Counted from the first letter of the stretch, positions 1-12,259 are shown. The stretch is 64,000 nt of DNA from an uncultured Actinomycetes bacterium (GCA_963742735.1 CAVUMN010000002.1:96001-160000), one strand, 5' to 3'. Program-made: numbers and translations. Notes: a model not told the origin generated them from the letters alone.

Positions 1-552
1 AACGGGGAAACGGGCGTCCAGGTGGAGGAGGAGTCCTTCACGGGGAACTTCGTCCTCTCCCGCAACACCATCTCCGGGAACCTGGACTGGGGGATCGTGA
101 ACTTCTCGGGTGTCCAGGTGAACGCGGCGGAGAACTGGTGGGGCCACGCCTCGGGGCCCGACGACTGGTCGAACGGAACCGGTGACGACGTGTCGCCCGA
201 CGTTCGGTTCTTCCCGTGGTCCACGAACGCCACCTTCACGGCCTTCGCCAAGTGCAAGAACACGCCTACGGCCGCGAACCAGACCATCAACGGGACCACC
301 GGCAACGACATCCTGTGCGGCGGCGGCGGTCAGGACACCATCAACGGCAAGGCCGGCAACGACCTCATCCTGGGCGACGCCGGGAGCGACATCCTGACGG
401 GCGCGCTGGGCGACGACGCCATCCTGGGCGGCCAGGGCGACGACACCCTGAACGGCAACGCCGGGTTCGACTCCCTGCAGGGCCAGGCCAACAACGACTT
501 CTGCGACCTCGGGGTGGACTCGGGACAGTCGGCCACCTGCGAAGGATCTTGA
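1..552 (+). CDS. C-terminal part of a protein with a beta-helix-like region and RTX/hemolysin-type Ca-binding repeats (runs off the window at 5')
   Basis: Frame open from base 1; NAAENWWG motif then repeated GxGGxDxL/I nonapeptides (GGGGQDTI, GDAGSDIL, GGQGDDTL). Confidence 0.75.
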   Translation, partial: NGETGVQVEEESFTGNFVLSRNTISGNLDWGIVNFSGVQVNAAENWWGHASGPDDWSNGTGDDVSPDVRFFPWSTNATFTAFAKCKNTPTAANQTINGTTGNDILCGGGGQDTINGKAGNDLILGDAGSDILTGALGDDAILGGQGDDTLNGNAGFDSLQGQANNDFCDLGVDSGQSATCEGS

Positions 553-565
553 TCAGTTCGCCGGC

Positions 566-832
566 CTAGGAGGCCTGCGAGGTCTGGCGGTTCAGCGCCT
601 TGGCGGCGCGGGACTTGCGGTTGGCGGCGCGGCGCTTGTGGATGACGCCCTTCGACGCGGCCTTGTCCAGGGACCGGGTGAGGTCGCGGAGACGCTCCTG
701 ACCGGTCGCGGCGTCCTCGGCCTCGCCGACGCGGCGGGCCTTGGTCTTGAGCGCGCTGCGCACGCCCTTGTTGCGTTCCCGCGCGCGCTCGTTCTGCCGG
801 TTGCGCTTGATCTGTGACTTGATGTTCGCCAT
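566..832 (-). CDS. rpsT: 30S ribosomal protein S20
   Basis: [15 protein letters not shown]...[21 protein letters not shown]; divergent from lepA. Confidence 0.97.
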   Translation of the reverse strand: MANIKSQIKRNRQNERARERNKGVRSALKTKARRVGEAEDAATGQERLRDLTRSLDKAASKGVIHKRRAANRKSRAAKALNRQTSQAS

Positions 833-886
833 GAGCCGCGGAGTTTAGCAGGCGAAGGATCGCGCGCCCGCTACGCTTGGGCCGTC

Positions 887-2694
<1,808 letters not shown>

Positions 2695-2698
<4 letters not shown>

Positions 2699-3795
2699 AC
2701 GCCGGCCTGTACGTCCACGTCCCGTTCTGCCTGACCCGCTGCGGGTACTGTGACTTCAATGCGTATGCCGGACTGGATCACCTGGCGGGCCGCTACACGC
2801 GGGCGTTGCGAGCCGAAGCCGACCTGTGGTCGGACGAGTGGCGAGGGACCGGAATCGCCAGCACCTTTGTAGGGGGTGGAACGCCCACCACGCTGGCGGC
2901 GCGCGAGTTGGTCAAGCTGCTTGACCATTTCCGTGGAGCGTTCCACATCGCTGGCGGTGGTGAAGTCACCGTGGAGGCGAACCCGGACACCGTGGATGCG
3001 GACTACTTCTCTGCGTTGCTTGCCGGCGACGTCAACCGGATCTCGATGGGGGCGCAGTCGTTCGACCCGGCGGTCCTGGCGTCGCTGGAGCGCGTGCACG
3101 GGCCGGAGTCGGTTCGCGCGGCGGTCGCGGCGGCCCGCGCGGCCGGGGTCGAGAACCTCTCGCTCGACCTGATCTACGGGGCCGAGGGCGAGACCGACGC
3201 GTCGTGGCGGCGGACGCTGGAGGAGACGATCGCGCTCGAGCCCGAGCACGTGAGCGCCTACGCGCTGACCGTCGAGCCGAACACGGCCCTGGGCCGGCAG
3301 GTCGGGCTCGGGCTCCGGCCCGCCCCGGACCCGGACGTCCAGGCCGATCGGTACGAGGTGGCGTGCGAGCTGCTCTCGGCCGCGGGCTACGAGCACTACG
3401 AGGTCTCGAACTGGGCGACGCCCGGCCGGCGGTGCGTGCACAACGAGGGGTACTGGGAGGGCCGTCCGTACCTGGGCCTCGGCGCCGGCGCCCACTCCTA
3501 CCGCAATGGCGTCCGCTGGTGGAACGTTCGTCCTCCCACCGACTACCTGCTCCGGGTCGAGGTGGGAGAGCGCCCGGTGGGGGCCCGGGAGCGACTCACC
3601 GACGACGAGCGCCGGACCGAACGGTTGTTGCTCGGCCTGCGCATGCGCGAGGGCGTCCCCGCCGAGTGGGTGGACGCCGCCCGCGCCGACGACTACGTCG
3701 CCGAGGGGCTGGCGGAGCGCCGCAACGGACACCTCGCCTTGACCGAGCGCGGCTGGTTCGTCGCCAACGACCTGGTGCTCGAGCTGGGCCGTTAG
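2695..3795 (+). CDS. hemW: Radical SAM heme chaperone HemW
   Basis: GTG overlapping lepA stop; [30 protein letters not shown]; lepA-hemW-hrcA order. Confidence 0.93.
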
Positions 3796-3818
3796 CACTC
3801 GACCGGCGAGAGTGCCAA
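3792..3818 (+). promoter_or_regulatory. CIRCE operator (HrcA site)
   Basis: TTAGCACTC-N9-GAGTGCCAA, one mismatch to the CIRCE consensus; followed by TACAAT (3820-3825) and the hrcA GTG. Confidence 0.95.
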
Positions 3819-3831
3819 CTACAATGGGTGC

Positions 3832-4875
3832 GTGAGTCCCTCCGAGGAGCTCGGGCAGCGCAAGGGGACCGTGCTCCGCGCGGTCGTGACCGAGCACATC
3901 CGCACGGGCGAGCCGGTGGGCTCGGGGGCGGTCGTCACCCGGTATCGCCTGCGGGTGAGCCCGGCGACCATCCGCAACGACATGGCCGCGCTCGAAGACT
4001 TCGGCTACCTGGCGCAGCCACACACCTCCGCGGGCCGGATCCCCACCGACAGCGGCTACCGGTACTACGTGGACACCTCGCCGCGCGCGGCGATGTTGCG
4101 CGAGGCCCACAAGCAGGCCATCGCCCGGTTCTTCGGCGACGCCCAGCCCGACCTGGACGAGGTCGTGCGCGGCACCACCCAGCTCCTCTCGGAGCTGACC
4201 CGTCACGCCTCGCTCGCCCTGGCCCCCAGCCTGACCGACAGCGCGATCGTCCGCCTGGACCTCATGCGGATCGGGTCGGCGCTCGTCCTGCTGGTCATCG
4301 TCGACACCGGCCGAGTGGAGAAGCGCGTGCTGGCCGGAGGCTCGGAGCTTTCCGCGCCGGCGGCGGAGCGCCTGGGCGCCCGGGCCGAGCATGCGGCGGC
4401 CGGGCGAACCCTTGCCGAGGCCGCTACCGCGTTGGCCGGCGTGGCCCGCGAGGCGACCGGCGACGACGCCGAGGTGCTGGGGGACGTGGCCGCGGCCGTC
4501 GGTGAGATGGCCGGCGAGGCGCCGTCCGGCGACGTCATCCTGGGCGGCGTGGGCAACCTGGCCGCCGAGGAGGGCTTCGAGCGCCGCGAGTCGGTGCGCC
4601 AGCTCTTCGAAGCCCTGGAGCGCCACGCCGAGGTCACCGACCTGATGCGCACCGCGAGCGACGCCCCCGACGTCACCGTCTCGATCGGCGGCGAGAACCC
4701 GCTGCCGACCATGCACAACGCGAGCCTGGTGATCGCGTCGTACCGCGTGGACGATCGTCCCCTGGGCTCGATCGGGGTGGTCGGGCCCACGCGCATGGAC
4801 TACCTGGAGGCGATCACCGCCGTGCGCGCCGTGGCCCGGCGCCTGTCCGAGGCCATCGGCCCCCTCACGAGTTGA
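3832..4875 (+). CDS. hrcA: Heat-inducible transcription repressor
   Basis: EPVGS, SPATIRNDMAALE, QPHTSAGRIPTD, GVVGPTRMDY; CIRCE upstream. Confidence 0.97.
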   Translation: MSPSEELGQRKGTVLRAVVTEHIRTGEPVGSGAVVTRYRLRVSPATIRNDMAALEDFGYLAQPHTSAGRIPTDSGYRYYVDTSPRAAMLREAHKQAIARFFGDAQPDLDEVVRGTTQLLSELTRHASLALAPSLTDSAIVRLDLMRIGSALVLLVIVDTGRVEKRVLAGGSELSAPAAERLGARAEHAAAGRTLAEAATALAGVAREATGDDAEVLGDVAAAVGEMAGEAPSGDVILGGVGNLAAEEGFERRESVRQLFEALERHAEVTDLMRTASDAPDVTVSIGGENPLPTMHNASLVIASYRVDDRPLGSIGVVGPTRMDYLEAITAVRAVARRLSEAIGPLTS

Positions 4876-5972
4876 GCACGCAGCTCCCCGACCTGTACGG
4901 CGTCCTCGGGGTCCCCCACGACGCCACGGCCGAGGACATCAAGCGCGCCTACCGCCGCCTGGCCCGCGAGCACCACCCGGACGTCAGTGCCAACCCTGAG
5001 GCCGAGCAGCGGTTCAAGGAGATCTCGGCCGCGTACGAGACGCTGTCCGACCCCGCGAAGCGCCGGCAGTACGACCTGTTCGGGTCGGGCCAGCTCGGCT
5101 CCGACGCGTTCCCGTTCGGCGGCCTGGGCGACCTGTTCGAGGCGTTCTTCGGCGGGGGGTTCCCCGGGCGGTCCCAGAGCCCGCGGACGCGGGTCCGCCG
5201 CGGCGAGGACCTGTACGCGCGCGTCGCCCTGTCGTTCGAGGAGGCTGCGTTCGGGGTGGAGCGCGAGCTCTCGCTGGAGAGCCTGGAGACGTGCGCGACC
5301 TGTCAGGGCTCGGGCTGCTCTCCGGGGACGTTCCCGTCCCGGTGCACGAGCTGCGGCGGGACCGGCCAGGTGCAGGACGTCGCGCGGAGCGTCTTCGGCA
5401 CCGTCGTGACCGCGCACGCGTGCGGGACGTGCGACGGCAGCGGGCAGGAGATCGGCTCGCCGTGCGCGCAGTGCCGCGGCGAGGGGCGGGTGCGATCGCA
5501 GCAGCGGATGACGGTCCAGGTCCCGCCCGGCGTGGCCAGCGGGACCGAGCTACGGGTGGCCGACGCCGGTGCGGCCGGACGCTCGGGCGGCCCCGCGGGC
5601 GACCTGTACGTCGGCGTTGAGGTCGCCGCCCACCCGGTGTTCGAACGCCGTGGGGCCGACCTCGTCTGCGCGCTTCGCCTCCCGGTGACGCAGGCGCTCC
5701 TTGGGACCGACCTGGAGATCGACACGCTGGAGGGACCGGAGACCCTGCGAGTGGAGCCCGGAACCGAGTCCGGTGCCGTGATCCGGCTGCGGGGCCGGGG
5801 CATCCCGCACCTCGGGCGCCGGGGCCGGGGCGACCTGCTCATCCAGGTGGCCGTGGAGATGCCGGAGAAGCTCTCACGCAAGGAGCGGGAGCTGGTCGAG
5901 CGGCTGGCCGAGCTCCGCGGCGAGGATCGCGGGAAACCGGCGAAGGGCCGGCTCGGCCGGCTCGAGCGCTGA
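4872..5972 (+). CDS. dnaJ: Chaperone DnaJ
   Basis: J domain with HPD, four CxxCxGxG repeats, C-terminal GDL motifs. Confidence 0.96.
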   Translation: MSTQLPDLYGVLGVPHDATAEDIKRAYRRLAREHHPDVSANPEAEQRFKEISAAYETLSDPAKRRQYDLFGSGQLGSDAFPFGGLGDLFEAFFGGGFPGRSQSPRTRVRRGEDLYARVALSFEEAAFGVERELSLESLETCATCQGSGCSPGTFPSRCTSCGGTGQVQDVARSVFGTVVTAHACGTCDGSGQEIGSPCAQCRGEGRVRSQQRMTVQVPPGVASGTELRVADAGAAGRSGGPAGDLYVGVEVAAHPVFERRGADLVCALRLPVTQALLGTDLEIDTLEGPETLRVEPGTESGAVIRLRGRGIPHLGRRGRGDLLIQVAVEMPEKLSRKERELVERLAELRGEDRGKPAKGRLGRLER

Positions 5973-5978
5973 GGCCCG

Positions 5979-6689
5979 ATGCCCAAGGGCCTGCCGTACT
6001 TCTACGTCGACGAGCCGGGCGAGCGCGTTCGTCCGTCCGAGGACGACGCCGCCCACGCGGTGCGCTCCTTGCGGCTCCGGCCGGGCGACGAGATCACCGT
6101 CGCCGACGGCCGCGGATGGGTCGGGCGCGGGACGCTCACTCCCGACGGCGACGTCCAGATCGTGGAGTCGCGCACCCTCGGGCCGCCGACGCCGCGGGTG
6201 CGCGTGGCGATGGCCCCGCCGGCGAGCGACCGGGCGTGGTGGGCGGTCCAGAAGCTGACCGAGCTCGGAGTCGACGAGATCGCGCTCGTGGAGTCGACGC
6301 GATCGACCCGCGCGCTCGGTCGTGACGGGCACGCGCTTCGGCGAGCCGTCGCCGTCGCCCGCGAGGCCTCGAAGCAATCGCGCCGGACGTTTCTTCCGGA
6401 GGTCACCGTCAGCGGTGCTCGCGGCCTGTTTGTCGGCGCGCCCGATCAGGAAACCTCGGTGGTCCTGTTCGAGGACGCGACCGAGCCCTTGAGCTCGGTT
6501 CTGCCCGAACGTCTGGAAAGGATCTCGGCCTACATCGGCCCCGAGGGCGGGCTGGCGCCGGAGGACCTGGACGCGGCCCGGGAGCGGGGTGCCGTCCTGG
6601 CCTCGCTCGGCGAGCCCAACCTGCGCACCGAGACGGCGGCGATCGCCGCCGCGGCCATCGTGCTGTCCCGGTACGGCCGGCTCGGGTAG
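5979..6689 (+). CDS. rsmE: 16S rRNA m3U1498 methyltransferase
   Basis: HAVRSLRL, QKLTELGV, EASKQS, IGPEGG, LRTETAA. Confidence 0.92.
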   Translation: MPKGLPYFYVDEPGERVRPSEDDAAHAVRSLRLRPGDEITVADGRGWVGRGTLTPDGDVQIVESRTLGPPTPRVRVAMAPPASDRAWWAVQKLTELGVDEIALVESTRSTRALGRDGHALRRAVAVAREASKQSRRTFLPEVTVSGARGLFVGAPDQETSVVLFEDATEPLSSVLPERLERISAYIGPEGGLAPEDLDAARERGAVLASLGEPNLRTETAAIAAAAIVLSRYGRLG

Positions 6690-6705
6690 GGGTAGGCTCG
6701 ACGCC

Positions 6706-6936
6706 ATGAGGAAGCTGGAGTCGAGGCTCTGGTTGGCGGTCGTCCTGATCCTGCTCGCGGCGGCCGCCCTCGTGTTGATCCCGTTCAACCTGCGGTGGGC
6801 CGGCGTGTACGTGCCGGTCGCGATCCTGTCGGCGGCGGTCGCGGCGTTCCTGGCGGTCTCCGTCGTCCGGGGGCGTCGCGCGTCGGGATCGTTCGGAGAT
6901 GTGGGGCGTCGCGTGGACGAGGTCGAGACGCAGTGA
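6706..6936 (+). CDS. Small two-TM membrane protein
   Basis: ATG 7 nt after TAGGCT; two hydrophobic segments; stop overlaps next start. Confidence 0.6.
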   Translation: MRKLESRLWLAVVLILLAAAALVLIPFNLRWAGVYVPVAILSAAVAAFLAVSVVRGRRASGSFGDVGRRVDEVETQ

Positions 6937-7277
6937 TGGACTGCCTGTTCTGCAAGATCGTCGCGGGCGACGTGGACGCCGACGTCGTCCACCGCACCGA
7001 GAGCGTCGTGGCGTTCCCCGACATCAATCCGCAGGCTCCGACGCACATCCTGATCATCCCCGTGGAGCACATCGAGTCCGCGCTCGCGGTGCGCGAGCAG
7101 CACGGCGAGCTCCTGGCCGAGCTGTTCTCCGCCGCGCAGCACCTGGCGAGTACCGAAGGGCTCGACGAGCGCGGCTGGCGACTGGTGACGAACGTCGGCC
7201 CCGACGCCGGGCAGACCGTGCACCACCTGCACCTCCACCTGCTCGGGGGCCGGCAGATGGCGTGGCCCCCGGGGTAG
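6936..7277 (+). CDS. HIT family nucleotide-binding protein
   Basis: DCLFCKIV, DINPQAPTH, GQTVHHLHLHLLGGR...WPPG. Confidence 0.95.
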   Translation: MDCLFCKIVAGDVDADVVHRTESVVAFPDINPQAPTHILIIPVEHIESALAVREQHGELLAELFSAAQHLASTEGLDERGWRLVTNVGPDAGQTVHHLHLHLLGGRQMAWPPG

Positions 7278-7357
7278 GAGCCGAAGGGCCCGCTGGTATG
7301 ATCGGGCACGAAGCCGGGGCCGCGAGCGCGGCGTCGCCTTCACGGAGAAGCACTCCC

Positions 7358-8335
7358 TTGGCGGAAGCCACGCAGGTACGAATCATCGTCCCCGGCCACC
7401 AACCCATGGTGGCGCTCCTCGGACAACGCGACGAGCTCCTCAAGCTGATCGAGGGCGCGTTCGAGTCGCGCATCCTGGTTCGCGGAAACGAGATCACCAT
7501 CGAGGGGGACAAGGCCGAGACCGAGCGGCTGGCCACGCTGTTCGAGGAGCTCCTGAACCTGGTCTCGGCGGGCCAGGTCCTGACCGCGGAGTCGGTCGGA
7601 CACACGATCAACCTGATCAAGGACGACGAGGCGACCACGCCGGCGGATGTGCTGCGCGACGTCGTCCTGTCCGCGCGCGGGAAGTCGATCGCCCCCAAGA
7701 CGGTGGGACAGAAGCGCTACGTCGACGCCATCCGGCGCGCCACCGTCACCTTCGCGATCGGGCCGGCCGGAAGCGGCAAGACGTTCCTGGCGGTCGCGGC
7801 CGCGGTGAAGGCCCTGAACGGGGGAGACGTCTCGCGGATCATCCTGACCCGGCCTGCGGTCGAGGCCGGCGAGAAGCTGGGGTTCCTGCCCGGCACGCTC
7901 TACGAGAAGATCGACCCGTACCTGAAGCCGTTGTACGACGCGCTCTACGACATGATGGCGCCCGAGGCGTTCCAGCGGCTCGTCGAGCGGGGGACGATCG
8001 AGGTCGCGCCGCTCGGGTTCATGCGGGGCCGGACCCTGAACGACTCATTCATCATCCTGGACGAGGCGCAGAACACGACCCCCGAGCAGATGAAGATGTT
8101 CCTGACGCGCCTGGGGTTCGGCTCGAAGGCGGTCGTCAACGGCGACGTCACCCAGACCGACCTGCCCACCGCCCAGCGATCGGGCCTGTCGGTGGTCGAG
8201 GAGATCCTGCAGGGGATCCCCGGTCTCGAGTTCATCCGCCTCGGGGCTCGCGACGTGGTCCGGCACAAGATCGTGCAGGACATCGTGGAGGCCTACCGGC
8301 GCTACAGCGAGGAACCCTCCGAGCGCCGCGCCTGA
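7358..8335 (+). CDS. phoH: PhoH family ATPase
   Basis: GPAGSGKT, RPAVEAGEKLGFLPG, MRGRTL, DEAQN; start TTG 7358 (ATG 7298 possible). Confidence 0.93.
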   Translation: MAEATQVRIIVPGHQPMVALLGQRDELLKLIEGAFESRILVRGNEITIEGDKAETERLATLFEELLNLVSAGQVLTAESVGHTINLIKDDEATTPADVLRDVVLSARGKSIAPKTVGQKRYVDAIRRATVTFAIGPAGSGKTFLAVAAAVKALNGGDVSRIILTRPAVEAGEKLGFLPGTLYEKIDPYLKPLYDALYDMMAPEAFQRLVERGTIEVAPLGFMRGRTLNDSFIILDEAQNTTPEQMKMFLTRLGFGSKAVVNGDVTQTDLPTAQRSGLSVVEEILQGIPGLEFIRLGARDVVRHKIVQDIVEAYRRYSEEPSERRA

Positions 8336-8340
8336 TCCCC

Positions 8341-8772
8341 ATGCCCGACGACCTCCCTCGATTGCTCGTGTCCGATCGGCAGGACCTGCCGGTTGAGCTG
8401 GTCCCCCTGCTGCAGGCCGCGCGCGCCGTCCTGGTGGCCGAGGACGCGAAGCAGGCCGAGCTCTCGATCTCGTTCGTGAGCCGCGAGGAGATGGAAGCCC
8501 TGCACGTCCGGTGGATGGGCGAGCCCGGCCCGACCGACGTCCTGTCCTTCCAGATCGGCGACAGCGACGACGACGGCATGCGCATCCTGGGCGACGTGGT
8601 GATCTGCCCCGACGTCGCGAAGGAGGGCGCCAACGCGTTCGACGACGAGCTGCGGCTGCTGCTCGTGCACGGCATCCTCCACCTGCTCGGCCATGACCAC
8701 GAGGAGCTCGCGGACCGCCGCGCCATGTGGGAGAAGCAGGAGGCCCATACCGGCATCCGGGTGCAGCTGTGA
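8341..8772 (+). CDS. ybeY: rRNA maturation endoribonuclease YbeY
   Basis: PTDVLSF, LGDVVIC, HGILHLLGHDH. Confidence 0.95.
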   Translation: MPDDLPRLLVSDRQDLPVELVPLLQAARAVLVAEDAKQAELSISFVSREEMEALHVRWMGEPGPTDVLSFQIGDSDDDGMRILGDVVICPDVAKEGANAFDDELRLLLVHGILHLLGHDHEELADRRAMWEKQEAHTGIRVQL

Positions 8773-10031
8773 CCTGGATGCTCGTCGTGGTCGGGTTCCT
8801 GGTCGTGTTCGGCTCGCTGCTGGCGATCGCCGAGGCGGCCATCAGCCGGATGACGCGGGTCCGCGCGATGGCCCTGAAGGAGGACGGCCGGCGCAACGCG
8901 GCGCTCCTGGAACGCATCGAGAACGACCCGCCCACGTACCTGAACTCGATCTACCTCGCCGTGATGTTCGCGCAGAACGGTTCGGCCATCCTCATGGCGA
9001 TCTACGCCGAGCGACGGTTCGACTCCCTGGGCATCACCCTCACCTCGATCGGGTTCACGCTCCTGTATTTCGTCTTCGTCGAGGCGATGTCGAAGACGTA
9101 CGGCATCCTGCACAGCGACCGCGCCGCCCTGCTCCTGGCGCCGTTCGTCTACGGCCTGGCCCGTCTGTTCGCGTGGCCGACGAAGGCGCTGATCGGGCTG
9201 GCCAACGTCCTGCTGCCGGGCAAGGGGCTCAAGGCCGGGCCGTTCGTCTCCGAGGAGGACATCCGCTCGATGGCCGAGGTCGGCCGCGAGGAGGGCGCCA
9301 TCGAGGCCGAGGAGACCGAGCTGATCCACTCGATCTTCGAGTTCGGCGACACGATCGTGCGCGAGGTGATGGTCCCCCGGCCCGACATCGTGGCGATCGA
9401 GGTCAAGAAGAGCCTGCGCGCCGTGCAGGACCTGGTCCTGAAGCACGGCTTCTCCCGCCTGCCGGTCTACCGCGAGCAGCTCGACGACGTCGTCGGCGTG
9501 ATCTACGCGAAGGACGTGCTGAAGACCCTGCACCAGCGCAAGTCGGACGTGAAGATCGACGACATCGCCCGCAAGCCGCACTTCGTTCCCGAGTCGAAGA
9601 AGGTCGCCGAGCTCCTGCGAGAGATGCAGCGCGACAAGTTCCACATCGCGATCGTCACCGACGAGTACGGCTCGGTGGTGGGGCTGATCACCCTGGAGGA
9701 CCTCCTGGAGGAGCTGGTGGGCGAGATCGCGGACGAGTACGACCGCGAGGAGCCCCAGATCGAGCCGGTGGACGACCACACGTTCCGCGTGAACGCGCGG
9801 CTGGCGATCGACGAGGCGAACGAGATCCTCGACGCCTCGTTTCCCGACACCGAGTGGGACACGGTGGGCGGGCTGATGCAGGGGCTGCTCGGTCAGATCC
9901 CGCGCCAGGGCCAGGAGGTCACCTTCGAGAACTTCCGGTTCGTGGCCGAGCGGGTCAAGGGCCGGCGGATCGGGCGGATCCTCATCGAGCGACTCCCGGA
10001 GGCGGACGAGGATGGACAGCGCCCCGCCTGA
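8769..10031 (+). CDS. HlyC/CorC family transporter (CNNM TM + CBS pair + CorC domain)
   Basis: N-terminal TMs, VREVMVPRPD, FSRLPVY, DEYG...TLEDLLEELVGEIADEYD. Confidence 0.92.
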   Translation: MTWMLVVVGFLVVFGSLLAIAEAAISRMTRVRAMALKEDGRRNAALLERIENDPPTYLNSIYLAVMFAQNGSAILMAIYAERRFDSLGITLTSIGFTLLYFVFVEAMSKTYGILHSDRAALLLAPFVYGLARLFAWPTKALIGLANVLLPGKGLKAGPFVSEEDIRSMAEVGREEGAIEAEETELIHSIFEFGDTIVREVMVPRPDIVAIEVKKSLRAVQDLVLKHGFSRLPVYREQLDDVVGVIYAKDVLKTLHQRKSDVKIDDIARKPHFVPESKKVAELLREMQRDKFHIAIVTDEYGSVVGLITLEDLLEELVGEIADEYDREEPQIEPVDDHTFRVNARLAIDEANEILDASFPDTEWDTVGGLMQGLLGQIPRQGQEVTFENFRFVAERVKGRRIGRILIERLPEADEDGQRPA

Positions 10032-10434
10032 CCTGCGCGCGCGCCTGGACGAGCTCCTGGCCGCCGCCCGCGAGGCCCGCGACGGCGCCTACGCCCCGTA
10101 CAGCAACTACACGGTCGGCGCCGCGCTGCTGGCCGGCGATCGGATCGTGACGGGCGCGAACGTCGAGAACGCCTCGTACTCGGTGGCGATCTGCGCCGAG
10201 CGGGTGGCGGCGGGCCACGCGGTGGCCCACGGGCTGCGCGACCTGCAGGCCGTGGCGGTGGTCGGGCCCGGCGAGGACCCGATCACGCCGTGCGGCGTCT
10301 GCCGGCAGTTCCTGAACGAGTTCAACCCGAACCTGATCGTGGTCTCCGAGGGGTCCTCCGGCGAGCGCTTCGCCGAGCCGCTGTCCGCACTGCTGCCCGA
10401 GGCGTTCGGCCCGGCCAACCTCGAGGACACGTGA
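10012..10434 (+). CDS. cdd: Cytidine deaminase
   Basis: AYAPYS, GANVENASY, CAERVA, PCGVCRQ. Confidence 0.95.
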   Translation: MDSAPPDLRARLDELLAAAREARDGAYAPYSNYTVGAALLAGDRIVTGANVENASYSVAICAERVAAGHAVAHGLRDLQAVAVVGPGEDPITPCGVCRQFLNEFNPNLIVVSEGSSGERFAEPLSALLPEAFGPANLEDT

Positions 10435-11318
10435 CGTTCCGCAGCGGCATCGCCGGCGTGGTCGGCCGGCCGAACGTCGGGAAGTCGACCCTCGTCAACG
10501 CCCTGGTGGGGGCAAAGGTAGCGATCGTCTCCGACGTCCCCCAGACCACCCGCACCCGGATCCGCGGAGTGCTCTCGACCGAGGACTCCCAGATCGTGTT
10601 CACCGACACGCCGGGGTTTCACAAGCCACGCAGCCGGCTGGGGGACCGCCTCAACAAGCTGGTGGGGGAGTCGCTCGCGGACGTCGACGTGTGCGTGATG
10701 GTCGTCGACGGCCACGCCGGCATCGGGAAGGGAGACGGGTTCGTCTACCGCCGCCAGGTGGCGCCGCTGGGGATGCCCAAGGTCTGCGTGCTCAACAAGA
10801 TCGACCGGATCTCGCACCAGCGGGTGGTCAGTCAGCTGTCCCGAGCCCAGGCCCTGGGCGACTTCGACGAGATCATCCCGGTGTCGGCGAAGGCGGGGAC
10901 CGGGCTGGACGAGCTGCGTGGGCTGATCGTGGCGCGGCTTCCGGAGGGCCCGCCGCTGTTCCCCGTCGGCGAGGTGACCGACCAGACCCTGGAGCACCGA
11001 ATGGCCGAGGTCATCCGCGAGAAGGCGATCCTGGCCACGCGCGAGGAGATCCCGCACTCGATCGCGGTGGTCATCGACGAGGTCGAGCCGCCCGAGCACG
11101 ACGACGTGACGCGCATCCATTCGACGGTGCTCGTCCAGCGCGAGTCGCAGAAGGGCATCGTCATCGGCAGGGGCGGCGAGATGCTCAAGGGCATCGGCAC
11201 CCACGCACGCGAGGAGCTCGAGGTCCTCCTGGGCACCCGCGTCTACCTGGAGCTGCGGGTCAAGGTCCAGAAGGAATGGCAGCGCGACGACAACGCGCTG
11301 ACCCGCCTCGGGTTCTGA
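10431..11318 (+). CDS. era: GTPase Era
   Basis: GRPNVGKST, PQTTR, DTPG, NKID, KH domain (SQKGIVIGRGG). Confidence 0.97.
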   Translation: MTFRSGIAGVVGRPNVGKSTLVNALVGAKVAIVSDVPQTTRTRIRGVLSTEDSQIVFTDTPGFHKPRSRLGDRLNKLVGESLADVDVCVMVVDGHAGIGKGDGFVYRRQVAPLGMPKVCVLNKIDRISHQRVVSQLSRAQALGDFDEIIPVSAKAGTGLDELRGLIVARLPEGPPLFPVGEVTDQTLEHRMAEVIREKAILATREEIPHSIAVVIDEVEPPEHDDVTRIHSTVLVQRESQKGIVIGRGGEMLKGIGTHAREELEVLLGTRVYLELRVKVQKEWQRDDNALTRLGF

Positions 11319-11325
11319 GCCGTCG

Positions 11326-11715
11326 CTACTGCGCGGTCAGTGTCCCCGTCATCTCCGGGTGGTACTTGCAGACCATCTCGTACTCGCCCGGAGCCACGGC
11401 GTTGCCCTCGCCGTTGAACGGCTCGCCAGGGGAGACGTCGACGTCGACCTGGGTGCCGGGGAGCTGGAAGTTATGCAGGGCGGTGCCGGTGTTCTCGACG
11501 CTGATCGGCTGTGACGCGAGGACGATCAGACACTCGGGCTCGAAGAAGTTGTCCCCCATCTCGATCTGGATCAGGTCCTGGTCGGTCTGATCGACGCAGG
11601 GCTCCTGGGTCTCGGTGGGCTCGTCGGTTCCGTTCGTGCCGGGAGTATCAGAGCCGCCGCAGGCGGCGGCGGTGAGCATCAGCAGGGCGAACAGCATGTA
11701 GAGGGTCTTGCGCAT
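11326..11715 (-). CDS. Cupredoxin-domain lipoprotein
   Basis: Lipobox-like LTAAAC; HNF...CKYHPEM type-1 Cu ligands; SD upstream. Confidence 0.85.
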   Translation of the reverse strand: MRKTLYMLFALLMLTAAACGGSDTPGTNGTDEPTETQEPCVDQTDQDLIQIEMGDNFFEPECLIVLASQPISVENTGTALHNFQLPGTQVDVDVSPGEPFNGEGNAVAPGEYEMVCKYHPEMTGTLTAQ

Positions 11716-11741
11716 ATGTGGCCTCCTGGATGCGTGGGCGA

Positions 11742-12179
11742 TCAGACGACGGTGAGGGTCCCCGACATGCCGCCGCCGGCGGCGGAGCCGTGGAACCGGC
11801 AGTAGAAGGTGTACTCGCCGGGATCGAGCGGAGAGGGTCCCGACAGGGTCCGGGCCTGTCCCGGGTCGAGCTCGGCGTCGATGGGCGAGTTCGCGATCGT
11901 GAACGTGTGCGTCGCCGAGCCGTCGTTGCTCAGCAGGATGTCCGAGGACGCGTCGGCGGTGAAGCACTCGGGCTCGAAGAAGTTGTCGCCGATGCTCAGG
12001 CTGGCGTCCTGGCCGGAGAAGTCGGTGCAGTCGTCGGTGGGCTCGTCCGTGGGCTCATCGGTCGGCTCGTCCGTGGCGGTGGTGGGGCTCCCCTCGATGG
12101 CCGGGTTGTCGTCGCCGCCGCACGCCACGGCGAACAGGGCCAGCACGACCAGCAGGAGGATCGACACGGATCTGCGCAT
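11742..12179 (-). CDS. Cupredoxin-domain lipoprotein (paralogue)
   Basis: Lipobox-like FAVAC; TDEP repeats; HTF...CRFH...GM. Confidence 0.85.
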   Translation of the reverse strand: MRRSVSILLLVVLALFAVACGGDDNPAIEGSPTTATDEPTDEPTDEPTDDCTDFSGQDASLSIGDNFFEPECFTADASSDILLSNDGSATHTFTIANSPIDAELDPGQARTLSGPSPLDPGEYTFYCRFHGSAAGGGMSGTLTVV

Positions 12180-12259
12180 GGGAGGTACCTCCTCGATCGG
12201 AATGGGGTCAACCCAGCGTAGCATTGGAGGTCCCCCCTCGATGGCGAAGGGAGACGTTC

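Noticed and set aside
3832-5972. hrcA-dnaJ lacking grpE-dnaK as an anomaly
   Set aside because: Normal arrangement in Actinomycetota
12031-12075. 12-bp tandem repeat
   Set aside because: Encodes the TDEP linker of a lipoprotein, with synonymous variation
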